Shown: positions 36,494-43,348 of the stretch, in pieces
Layout of the letters: each line of letters begins with the position of its first letter
Position numbering within the stretch: position 1 is the stretch's first letter
Source of the DNA: Escherichia phage vB-Eco-KMB35
DNA length: 43,891 bases
Sequence record: OR525704.1
Strand: one strand, 5' to 3'
The notes under the pieces: model-generated
Told to the model about the DNA's origin: nothing
Database searches by the model: none
Seen by the model: the letters and a program-made list of their open reading frames with translations, nothing else
Position numbers and translations under genes: made by a program

Positions 36494-36672
36494 TTCACGT
36501 TCTCCTTAATCCATGCTTCGACTTTATTACGGTCAAATGTTCCCGGTAAACGGCGGCCCATAACCTTAATACAGCAGTCAGGGAATTTGCCGCTGCGCAA
36601 CCAGTTATTAATGGTCTGACGTGTCACCCCGATACGCTCGGCTACCTCATTCTGTGTCATGTAATGTTGCAT
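36490..36672 (-). CDS. AlpA/excisionase-like HTH DNA-binding protein
   Basis: 60 aa from ATG 36672 (RBS AGGGGA); MTQNEVAERIGVTRQTINNWLRSGKFP matches AlpA-type HTH pattern. Confidence 0.6.
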   Translation of the reverse strand: MQHYMTQNEVAERIGVTRQTINNWLRSGKFPDCCIKVMGRRLPGTFDRNKVEAWIKENVK

Positions 36673-36703
36673 TTTTATATCCCCTGTTTGTTTAGTGAAA
36701 CCG

Positions 36704-36732
36704 AGTATAGGATAGCGGGAATGTAAAAGCAA
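36704..36732 (-). promoter_or_regulatory. Minus-strand promoter TTGCTT-N17-TATACT for the leftward early operon
   Basis: Hexamers (read on minus strand) with 17-nt spacer about 30 nt upstream of AlpA-like gene. Confidence 0.45.
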
Positions 36733-36769
36733 CCAATCCCTGCAATATTTAATCTTTACAAAAAAGTTA

Positions 36770-36799
36770 TTGAAAGTTCTTGACACATGTTTGTATAAT
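36770..36799 (+). promoter_or_regulatory. Plus-strand promoter TTGAAA-N18-TATAAT
   Basis: Consensus -10, good -35, TG adjacent to -10; divergent from the minus promoter. Confidence 0.5.
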
Positions 36800-36805
36800 G
36801 GTTTT

Positions 36806-37026
36806 GGGACTTGTATATATTACGGAGTTGACGAACCCTCCCCGAGGGATTCGTCAACCCCTCCCAGACAGCTGAGATGCTTGCCTTGTGGTTTAAGGAT
36901 AAGTGTATCTAAATCTCATTTAAAGAAGTAACCCGCTGAAATATCTACTGTTTCTTAATGTGCCGTAGATTCGCAACCGTAAAAATGTAACGATTATTGG
37001 GCAGGCTTAGGGCCTGCCCTTTAGTT
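36806..37026 (+). ncRNA. Candidate small non-coding RNA (promoter to terminator, no ORF)
   Basis: About 220 nt between promoter 36770..36799 and terminator 36999..37026; 13-bp imperfect hairpin 36828..36857; longest ORFs 10-11 codons. Confidence 0.35.
36999..37026 (+). terminator. Intrinsic terminator gggcaggc-ttagg-gcctgccc then tttagtt
   Basis: Perfect 8-bp GC stem with T-rich tail. Confidence 0.6.
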
Positions 37027-37091
37027 ACCAAGTAATAAGAATAAAGGCACAACAGTTTCGAAAGAATCACAACGGCAACGTAACTATTCTC

Positions 37092-37123
37092 TTGCACACC
37101 CCAACATAATAGGATACTATTCA
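37092..37123 (+). promoter_or_regulatory. Promoter element family A (TTGCAC-N17-TACTAT), copy 3, rightward early promoter
   Basis: 30/32 identity to copies at 4554 and 13678 in opposite orientation; 30 nt upstream of ORF 37155. Confidence 0.6.
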
Positions 37124-37154
37124 CTTATCGAAACGAGACAGAGGAGTGAGGGTT

Positions 37155-37346
37155 ATGTTTAAGAAGGGTCAGTTGGTTATAACTAAACGCGGAGGGCAAT
37201 ATGTATTAGTGTTGCAGGACGAGAGCGAGTATGACGAGGATAATCTGGTTGACGTATGGGGTCTGGTAAGAAAGAAAACTGGGTTCGCCTCACGCGATAA
37301 TTTAGAACTCATCGGCAACAATTTTAAATTCAAAGGGGCGAAGTGA
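37155..37346 (+). CDS. Hypothetical small protein (63 aa)
   Basis: ATG with GAGGAG RBS. Confidence 0.5.
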   Translation: MFKKGQLVITKRGGQYVLVLQDESEYDEDNLVDVWGLVRKKTGFASRDNLELIGNNFKFKGAK

Positions 37347-37582
37347 TGCAAATCATAATTACGGATAACACAGTTGCCTACGAAAAAGGTGGCGACAATA
37401 CTCTGGAAAGAATAGGCGTAAATATAGGTGACGTTTTTGATGTGCTTGGTACTGTATCAGGCGGTTGGTGGATTAAGGTTGGACGCAACAAAGTGCCAGT
37501 AACTAAGGCCGAAGCGGAAATATACACAACGGCATCGAATCATGATGCTCGTGCCAACGACTCTGAGGGAGGTTGCCGTTAA
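37346..37582 (+). CDS. Hypothetical small protein (78 aa), paralog of next gene
   Basis: Start overlaps upstream stop; shares I-ITD...GV-GD-F-V pattern with 37582..37773. Confidence 0.5.
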   Translation: MQIIITDNTVAYEKGGDNTLERIGVNIGDVFDVLGTVSGGWWIKVGRNKVPVTKAEAEIYTTASNHDARANDSEGGCR

Positions 37583-37773
37583 TGAGAATTCGTATAACTG
37601 ATGTTGATTATGTGGACCCGCGCGATGGTGACGATTTGTCGCTTAGTTACTGGGGAGTTTCGGTAGGTGATGAGTTTGAGGTTTCCCTTGCTGGTTCCGA
37701 TATGTTCATTATCGAATGTGACGCCGGATATGTGGTTGTGCACTCCTGTGAGTGTGAGGTTCTGGAGGACTAA
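37582..37773 (+). CDS. Hypothetical small protein (63 aa), paralog of previous gene
   Basis: TAATG overlap; RBS GAGGGAGG. Confidence 0.5.
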   Translation: MRIRITDVDYVDPRDGDDLSLSYWGVSVGDEFEVSLAGSDMFIIECDAGYVVVHSCECEVLED

Positions 37774-37776
37774 GTT

Positions 37777-37920
37777 ATGAGAGGAGCATTTGAACGGTGG
37801 GCCGTAGTCGAGGGTCTGCCGGTTAACAAGGGTTCGAAGAAAGAGTACCTGAACGTTAAGACGCGTCTCGCGTGGCGGGCGTGGAAAGCTGGTGTGCAAA
37901 CGGTGGTGAATACGAGGTGA
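37777..37920 (+). CDS. Hypothetical small protein (47 aa)
   Basis: ORF below track cutoff filling the gap between neighbours. Confidence 0.35.
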   Translation: MRGAFERWAVVEGLPVNKGSKKEYLNVKTRLAWRAWKAGVQTVVNTR

Positions 37921-37923
37921 GAT

Positions 37924-38112
37924 ATGAGCGAGTGGATTAAGTGTAGCGAGCGGATGCCAGAAGAGCTTGAGGATGTACTGGTTACTGATGGTAGGTCCGT
38001 AGAAGTTATGTACCTCAGATTCGGCCTCTGGTACGTAACATCCCCGGATTCTGCTATTTGTGGGGATGAGGTTACACACTGGATGCCGTTACCAGAACCG
38101 CCGGAAGTGTGA
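37924..38112 (+). CDS. DUF551-like small phage protein (from memory)
   Basis: 62 aa; MSEWIKCSERMPE...HWMPLPEPP pattern. Confidence 0.5.
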   Translation: MSEWIKCSERMPEELEDVLVTDGRSVEVMYLRFGLWYVTSPDSAICGDEVTHWMPLPEPPEV

Positions 38113-38259
38113 TGTTCAATAGTTTGGGATTTTACTGTGTGACTTACGCTGCTACACAGCAGCGTATCATTTTTCTCATTTTTGTTCTATTTCACCAAAC
38201 GCAACAATCGAAGCGACTATTGCAGGAGACGCAACAATACAAACACCAATAAAATTTAC

Positions 38260-38291
38260 TTGCACACTAATATAGAGTAGGCTACTATTCA
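38260..38291 (+). promoter_or_regulatory. Promoter element family A variant (TTGCAC-N17-TACTAT), copy 4
   Basis: Same hexamers and spacing; TACTATTCA core; 28 nt upstream of ORF 38320. Confidence 0.5.
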
Positions 38292-38319
38292 TTTACACAA
38301 ACGAGAGGAGAGACAGAAT

Positions 38320-38469
38320 ATGGTTACTTTGATGATTATGGAATTCGAAAACAGCGCCGCAACTTATCGCGAGATGACTATGGCGCAGGCGTACCGCCTG
38401 GCCTCGAACGGCAACTTCTACAAGGCTCAAATCATCAATGAGTTCGGGGTAATTGACTATGAATTTTAG
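38320..38469 (+). CDS. Hypothetical small protein (49 aa)
   Basis: ORF below track cutoff, preceded by conserved leader aaacgagaggagagacaga. Confidence 0.4.
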   Translation: MVTLMIMEFENSAATYREMTMAQAYRLASNGNFYKAQIINEFGVIDYEF

Positions 38470-38731
38470 AAGCTACACCGTGACCGTTGATTTTGAGGGG
38501 CTGGAGTTGCCCCTCCCTAACAACTACAGGTATATAACTCGTGACCGTTTCGGGTTTATTCAGGGGTGGCGGAACAAACCTACAGACACTGAGTTCGGGA
38601 TGTCTGGCGGCGAAGAGTTGCCGATCACTTTCGGGCATCAGAGTAGTCACGAAGAGCTTAAAACGGTGATTCGTAAGTATCGCCGCCGCGGTAACACGGG
38701 GCTTATAGCAATAACAGGCGCTGTTGAATAA
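38459..38731 (+). CDS. Hypothetical protein (90 aa)
   Basis: ATG overlapping upstream gene end. Confidence 0.45.
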   Translation: MNFRSYTVTVDFEGLELPLPNNYRYITRDRFGFIQGWRNKPTDTEFGMSGGEELPITFGHQSSHEELKTVIRKYRRRGNTGLIAITGAVE

Positions 38732-38748
38732 ACGAGAGGAGAGACAGA

Positions 38749-39174
38749 GTGAACACTAAAAACGAAGTATTCGAGTACCTGATTGACCAACTACGGCAGC
38801 AGGTGAACAACAGCCCGTACAAGCAACAGTGCGAAGACCTGGCGCACGAGGTGTTGTCACTCAAGAATCAGTTACGTGATGCTTCGGCGCAGATTAAGGA
38901 GTTGCATCTGGCTCTGGCCCAAGCTACGGGTGACGTGGAGGCGTATAAACTTATCCGCAAAGGTGGGTACGTTTCCGCAGGCCAGCGCTACGTGGTTGGC
39001 GAACATGCGCCCGGGCCAACGGTAAATTGTCGGTGCACACAGACGCCTGTACCGCCGGAGCAATCTGGTTGCCGTAAGGAAGATACGCAGGAGTGCCGCC
39101 ACGACTTTGAATACATATACCCTGAAAGCGGGGTGCACCGTCATTGTATTAAATGTGGATGGATAACCGAATGA
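38749..39174 (+). CDS. Hypothetical protein with C-terminal Cys-rich zinc-finger-like region (141 aa)
   Basis: GTG start after the same 19-nt leader as 38320; CRC...C...C...H..CIKC cluster. Confidence 0.5.
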   Translation: MNTKNEVFEYLIDQLRQQVNNSPYKQQCEDLAHEVLSLKNQLRDASAQIKELHLALAQATGDVEAYKLIRKGGYVSAGQRYVVGEHAPGPTVNCRCTQTPVPPEQSGCRKEDTQECRHDFEYIYPESGVHRHCIKCGWITE

Positions 39175-39374
39175 CCAGCATCCTCTTTATCTGGGTACTG
39201 TCCGCAGGCCAGATGCAACTCGCGGCATCAGAAACGTTTTACTCGATGGAGGCGTGCCAGTCAGCGGCACGCGCCGCTGAGAACGCGCACTTTCTGTTTC
39301 AGGGTGACAAGCCCAACGATTCAGAGGTACGCGCTATCTGCTCACCTAAGCGACTTGGAAAACAGGAGAAATAA
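39171..39374 (+). CDS. Small protein with signal-peptide-like N-terminus (67 aa)
   Basis: ATGA overlap with upstream gene; N-terminus MTSILFIWVLSAGQMQLAAS. Confidence 0.45.
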   Translation: MTSILFIWVLSAGQMQLAASETFYSMEACQSAARAAENAHFLFQGDKPNDSEVRAICSPKRLGKQEK

Positions 39375-39375
39375 C

Positions 39376-39579
39376 ATGGTACAGAGATATTCTAAGTATG
39401 GGTCCGACAACCATTTCATTGACCGCCACGGGAAGTGGGTTAAGTTTGAGGACTACCAGAATCTTGACCTAAAGCTGTTGGAAGTTGAAGCCGAGTTACA
39501 GAAATACAAGGACCAGTTCCCGGATTACGTCGAGTGCGCGAACTGTGGGTCAGTTACACATGTGGGAGGGGTGGAGTGA
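39376..39579 (+). CDS. Hypothetical small protein (67 aa), paralog of next gene
   Basis: RBS AGGAGAA; shares MV-RY...G-WV--EDY--L--KL-E with 39579..39758. Confidence 0.5.
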   Translation: MVQRYSKYGSDNHFIDRHGKWVKFEDYQNLDLKLLEVEAELQKYKDQFPDYVECANCGSVTHVGGVE

Positions 39580-39758
39580 TGGTGCATAGATACGAAAACG
39601 ACCACGGCGATATGTTTCAGGCCGCGGGAGGGCGCTGGGTCCTATACGAAGACTACGCGGAGCTGGCGCGTAAACTGCGCGAGCTTGCTAAGCAGGTAGT
39701 AAACAGTCCGTGCGACTGGAAGACGGATGAATTAGCGCGCGAGATTCTGGACCTATGA
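39579..39758 (+). CDS. Hypothetical small protein (59 aa), paralog of previous gene
   Basis: ATG overlapping upstream stop (TGATG). Confidence 0.45.
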   Translation: MVHRYENDHGDMFQAAGGRWVLYEDYAELARKLRELAKQVVNSPCDWKTDELAREILDL

Positions 39759-40048
39759 GCCTTGCAACTGACATCCTGAAACGGAGCGGCCTTGCGCCGC
39801 TGTCGCCGAGAGCGAACACACGAATATACAAGCGCCGCCGTAATGCGCTGTACCCTGAGATTCAGGCCAGACGCAAAGCAGTCCGCGCCTGCGGATTCCA
39901 GAACGGAAAGGCCGTGAATCTCGGTGAGTTTAAAACAAAGGAACGTGCGGCTATCGCTAATCGGTTATTTAATTACTGGAAATCGCTGGGTTATGAAGAT
40001 ATTCCGACGAAACCACAGAGACGACAATACATCTGGCGTCATAAATAA
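39755..40048 (+). CDS. Small basic protein, possible AP2-like DNA-binding domain
   Basis: 97 aa; NGKAVNLGEFKTKERAAIANRLF resembles AP2/HNH-associated DNA-binding motif (weak). Confidence 0.35.
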   Translation: MSLATDILKRSGLAPLSPRANTRIYKRRRNALYPEIQARRKAVRACGFQNGKAVNLGEFKTKERAAIANRLFNYWKSLGYEDIPTKPQRRQYIWRHK

Positions 40049-40078
40049 ACCGTTATTAAGATAATTCCTAACCGTGCT

Positions 40079-40118
40079 ATCCTCCAGTTACTGCATACTT
40101 AATACGCACCTGGAGGAT
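40079..40118 (+). promoter_or_regulatory. RNA hairpin sequestering the holin Shine-Dalgarno (atcctccag ... ctggaggat)
   Basis: 9-bp perfect inverted repeat; 3' arm contains GGAGGA located 6 nt before TTG start at 40124. Confidence 0.4.
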
Positions 40119-40123
40119 TCATC

Positions 40124-40432
40124 TTGGATAAATTTACTGAAACAGTGACAGGCTGGCTTCTCGCTGCCGCACTAGCCGGAGGGGTAATCGGACTAAGGCA
40201 ACATAAGTCCGCTATTTCCGGCCCTATCGACGGCTTCTGCTTTATTGCAACTGGCTTCACTTGCGCCGTATTTGGCGCACCTCTCGCAGCTCAATGGTTT
40301 GGAATCACGGGCGACCGTGAAATCGCAGGCCTGGGCTTCATTATCGCTATTCTCTGGATGCCTATCTATTCCCGTCTGTCCGGTATCGTCGCCGGAGAAT
40401 ACATCGCACGTCGAGGAGGCCCGGATGAATGA
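40124..40432 (+). CDS. Holin (three predicted TM segments), TTG start
   Basis: 102 aa with three hydrophobic helices; immediately upstream of second TM protein and endolysin. Confidence 0.6.
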   Translation: MDKFTETVTGWLLAAALAGGVIGLRQHKSAISGPIDGFCFIATGFTCAVFGAPLAAQWFGITGDREIAGLGFIIAILWMPIYSRLSGIVAGEYIARRGGPDE

Positions 40433-40697
40433 GTTATTCTGGTTCTGCGGTATGCTGGCAATCGGAGGCACATCGCTGTTTAATGTGTATCATCCCAGCG
40501 TTGACGACGGGCTATTTGGCCGGGTGCTCTATATCCTGACTGCTATTGTCTGCGCCGCAGGATGTATCCACCTGTTACAGGGCAGCATGTCTCCGACGCT
40601 GCCTGAGACATTAATCACATTAGTTGCGCTGCGCCAGATTCGTCAGGCGTGGCTGTCATACGGAGGACATAAGCGTGTCTCGAAATATTTCAGATAA
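40425..40697 (+). CDS. Second holin-like / antiholin membrane protein (two TM segments)
   Basis: 90 aa from ATG 40425 overlapping holin stop (ATGAATGA); two hydrophobic helices. Confidence 0.5.
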   Translation: MNELFWFCGMLAIGGTSLFNVYHPSVDDGLFGRVLYILTAIVCAAGCIHLLQGSMSPTLPETLITLVALRQIRQAWLSYGGHKRVSKYFR

Positions 40698-41163
40698 TGG
40701 ATTGCATTTCACCGCTGCGTTCGAGGGATTCCGCGGAACTGCATACCGCGCTACGCCGAACGAGAAGTACCTGACTATCGGGTACGGGCACTATGGGCCG
40801 GACGTAACCCCGGGTAAGACCATCACACCGGGGCAAGGCCTCCTGTTACTGAATCGCGATATGGCTAAGGCCGTAGCTGCGGTTGATGTGGCGGCACACC
40901 ATTCGCTGACACAGGCACAGTTCGACGCTGTGTGCGACCTGGTCTATAACGCCGGTGCTGGTGTGATTGCAGCTGCTACCGGCACAGGAAAGGCGCTGCG
41001 TTCTGGTGACATCGCGACACTGCGGGCTAAACTGGCGCTGTTTATCAACCAGAACGGCAAACCGTTACTTGGTCTGCGCCGCCGTACTGCCGGGCGTCTT
41101 GCACTGTTTGACGGCAAGCCGTGGCAGGAGGCGGAGGCCATTGGGCGCGCGGTGAAAGGTTGA
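40675..41163 (+). CDS. Endolysin, T4 E-like lysozyme (glycoside hydrolase family 24-like)
   Basis: GTG 40675 with GGAGGA RBS; FEGFRGTAYRATPNEKYLTIGYGH matches T4 lysozyme EG-R--Y-D--G--TIG-GH catalytic region. Confidence 0.8.
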   Translation: MSRNISDNGLHFTAAFEGFRGTAYRATPNEKYLTIGYGHYGPDVTPGKTITPGQGLLLLNRDMAKAVAAVDVAAHHSLTQAQFDAVCDLVYNAGAGVIAAATGTGKALRSGDIATLRAKLALFINQNGKPLLGLRRRTAGRLALFDGKPWQEAEAIGRAVKG

Positions 41164-41229
41164 CACCTGAGACTAATCCGACGATACTTAAATCACCCCC
41201 TGTTCCATACCTCTGCTCTCCAGTTTTAT

Positions 41230-41260
41230 CCCGGCCCTGACCCAGCCGGGATTTTTTTTA
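41230..41260 (+). terminator. Intrinsic terminator cccggc-cctgaccca-gccggg followed by T8
   Basis: GC stem plus long T-run after endolysin. Confidence 0.7.
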
Positions 41261-41281
41261 TCTATTTTCTGCAATGACTAG

Positions 41282-41310
41282 TTGACTATTACCTACGACC
41301 CTATTATATT
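41282..41310 (+). promoter_or_regulatory. Promoter TTGACT-N17-TATATT
   Basis: Good -35 and -10 hexamers with 17-nt spacer directly after terminator. Confidence 0.5.
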
Positions 41311-41343
41311 TACTCCATCGACAACGAGAACGGAGTAGAGAAG

Positions 41344-41647
41344 ATGAGTAACGTACAGACAATCGCAATAACCGAGGAACTTGAAGCCAAATGTATCGCA
41401 TGGACTATGGGTAATGACCAGGTTGCTATGCGTAAATTTCCAATGAAAATCACAGACATCGAAGCGTAATGACCAGGTTGCTATGCGTAAATTTCCAATG
41501 AAAATCACAGACATCGAAGCATTCAAAGATGCACAACTGATGGCACGTATTGCCGTTGGCAACCTGAGCAACAATATCCCGGCGGACGCGTTCTGGTTCG
41601 CTGCTATGCAGACACTGAAAGCAGCTTATGCAGGAGAGAAGAAATGA
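41344..41647 (+). pseudogene. Small gene split by a 55-bp tandem duplication (N-fragment 41344..41469, C-fragment restart 41483..41647)
   Basis: Removing one 55-bp copy restores a single 82-codon ORF; with both copies the frame shifts and stops at TAA 41467. Confidence 0.55.
41411..41520 (+). repeat. Perfect tandem direct repeat, 2 x 55 bp
   Basis: 41411..41465 identical to 41466..41520; flanking bases differ. Confidence 0.95.
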
Positions 41648-41841
41648 AAGTTAAAGCCGCTAAAATTCTCTGGTTAGCCGCCCTTGACTATGTCACAGAG
41701 GGTAAAGTGTATGATGTATACAACCCGACAGCTACTGGTTTCGGTTATATAGACTCCGACGACGACTGCCATATTTTCATAGACTTTGGTAACGATGACG
41801 GTGATGGTTTCCACGGCGTTAAATGGGAGGTTGTAGAATGA
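41644..41841 (+). CDS. Hypothetical small acidic protein (65 aa)
   Basis: ATG overlapping upstream stop. Confidence 0.5.
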   Translation: MKVKAAKILWLAALDYVTEGKVYDVYNPTATGFGYIDSDDDCHIFIDFGNDDGDGFHGVKWEVVE

Positions 41842-41999
41842 GCGAACAAGGTCAAGTAAGCCAACCATTACGAGTAGGCCGTAAGGTGAGTCACACCCCG
41901 TTCCCGACACGCGAGGAACTGATGAAACGTAACAGTTTCCCTGGGCCGGACAAGAACAAGTATCTCAACCGCATGTGGGGAGAGCGTAAAAATGACTGA
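41838..41999 (+). CDS. Hypothetical small protein (53 aa)
   Basis: ORF below track cutoff; RBS GGGAGG; ATGA overlaps at both ends. Confidence 0.4.
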   Translation: MSEQGQVSQPLRVGRKVSHTPFPTREELMKRNSFPGPDKNKYLNRMWGERKND

Positions 42000-42177
42000 C
42001 CGTGAATATGAAAAGATGATGGTAGAGGCCGTTAACGGCGGCGTAGACATTAGCCACGTGATGTGCGTCCTGAATAATAAAATCGCGGTAGCCGAGCAAA
42101 TGGTGGAGTCGCTTTATGAGACGCGCCGCGAACTGATTAACCGCTTCAACCTGAACAAAGGTGACACCAATGCCTAA
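41992..42177 (+). CDS. Hypothetical small protein (61 aa)
   Basis: Translationally coupled ORF. Confidence 0.45.
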   Translation: MTDREYEKMMVEAVNGGVDISHVMCVLNNKIAVAEQMVESLYETRRELINRFNLNKGDTNA

Positions 42178-42469
42178 AATCACAATTGCATCGCTCGAGC
42201 GCCGTATTATGGTGCTTGAGTCGGAGAAACAGACGTTAGGCGGGCAACTGTCAATTAACGGTGAGTTTCAACTGGAGGCGTATAAAGAACTTCTAGAGGC
42301 GTTTAAAGAGCTACAAGCCATCGCGTCTGACATAGAAAATATGATTGGATTGTTGCAATCCGGGGAGTGGGCCGAACACTGCACTAAATCGGCGTTAGGA
42401 AAACGGCTTGAGACGGAGATTACTGACATGCTGAGTTGTCTTGTTGAGGCGCCAGATGAGCACGCCTGA
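42170..42469 (+). CDS. Hypothetical coiled-coil protein (99 aa)
   Basis: ATG 42170; heptad-like helical sequence. Confidence 0.45.
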   Translation: MPKITIASLERRIMVLESEKQTLGGQLSINGEFQLEAYKELLEAFKELQAIASDIENMIGLLQSGEWAEHCTKSALGKRLETEITDMLSCLVEAPDEHA

Positions 42470-42638
42470 GCCGGTAGTTATCGATGGCGTCCTGTGGAAA
42501 CCTTACTCGGTTAACCACATCGACGCCGATGGGAAGAAGTTCAGTTTCTACATTTTTGCGATTAGCCGTGAGCACGCTGCGTGTGTAGTAGACGATATAC
42601 GAGAAACGGCGTGGCTTGGCGATGAGATAGTGGGGTGA
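42456..42638 (+). CDS. Hypothetical small protein (60 aa)
   Basis: ATG 42456 overlapping upstream gene. Confidence 0.45.
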   Translation: MSTPEPVVIDGVLWKPYSVNHIDADGKKFSFYIFAISREHAACVVDDIRETAWLGDEIVG

Positions 42639-42642
42639 GAGC

Positions 42643-42726
42643 ATGAGTCTTGAGGTTGTTATAAGTCTGGTTGGTCTTAGTTACTTCATTGGGCTATTGG
42701 TCGGTTTTCTGTGGGGTAGATACTAA
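42643..42726 (+). CDS. Very small hydrophobic peptide (27 aa, single TM helix)
   Basis: MSLEVVISLVGLSYFIGLLVGFLWGRY; coupled to flanking ORFs. Confidence 0.3.
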   Translation: MSLEVVISLVGLSYFIGLLVGFLWGRY

Positions 42727-42896
42727 TGTTCAGCGACATCAACGCAGCAATCGAAGAAGCAATCTGGCGCCGTTACAACGGCGAGCAACAGCGTCACTTC
42801 TGCCTGGTGCAACGTGGTAACATGGTCGCCGTGGTGCAGGACCGCGATAACAAATATCCGAATGCGATGTGGACAACGAGGAATTTCTTAGGATGA
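42726..42896 (+). CDS. Hypothetical small protein (56 aa)
   Basis: ORF below track cutoff; TAATG overlap with preceding peptide ORF. Confidence 0.35.
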   Translation: MFSDINAAIEEAIWRRYNGEQQRHFCLVQRGNMVAVVQDRDNKYPNAMWTTRNFLG

Positions 42897-43129
42897 TTAC
42901 CAGCATTCCTAACCTGATTAAAGAATATGGCACGATGGCCGAGACATGCCGACAAACCGGCATCAACGAAATGACTATTGCTAAGTACAGCAAAGATGTT
43001 AACTGCGATCGCCACGTAATTTTTAACAACCGTCTGATGACGCACGTTAAGACAAGCCCGGTGTTATTCACGCGCCGGGGTATCACTAAAACAGAGCAAC
43101 GCATTGCTAAAGAGGAGAGTGGGGAATGA
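42893..43129 (+). CDS. Small HTH-like DNA-binding protein upstream of small terminase
   Basis: 78 aa; AETCRQTGINEMTIAKYSK HTH-like segment. Confidence 0.4.
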   Translation: MITSIPNLIKEYGTMAETCRQTGINEMTIAKYSKDVNCDRHVIFNNRLMTHVKTSPVLFTRRGITKTEQRIAKEESGE

Positions 43130-43231
43130 GACTACTAGTCTTTCCGAATTCCTGGGCTATCGCCGTAGCTAACGACCATTACGGCGGCGACGGTAAACGA
43201 GCGCCACGCCACGGCCTATATAACTGATACA

Positions 43232-43255
43232 AGCCCTCTACGGAGGGCTTTTCTG
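43232..43255 (+). terminator. Hairpin agccctc-tacg-gagggct followed by tttct
   Basis: Perfect 7-bp stem, tetraloop, T-rich tail. Confidence 0.55.
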
Positions 43256-43348
43256 TACATCCCGCCCAATCCCCTTATATAATCCCTTTAGACGCGTAGG
43301 GCGCGTCTGGTGCGCTCTGATGGTCAGACGCATATGCAAGGGGATTCT

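Noticed and set aside
33541-36672. Lysogeny module (Cro-like and AlpA/excisionase-like regulators)
   Set aside because: No integrase, CI-type repressor or attP-like core was found; the two small HTH proteins more likely regulate the early promoters of a virulent phage.
41411-41520. Possible CRISPR or minisatellite array
   Set aside because: Only two perfect 55-bp copies with no spacers and no further repeats; it is a simple tandem duplication inside a gene.
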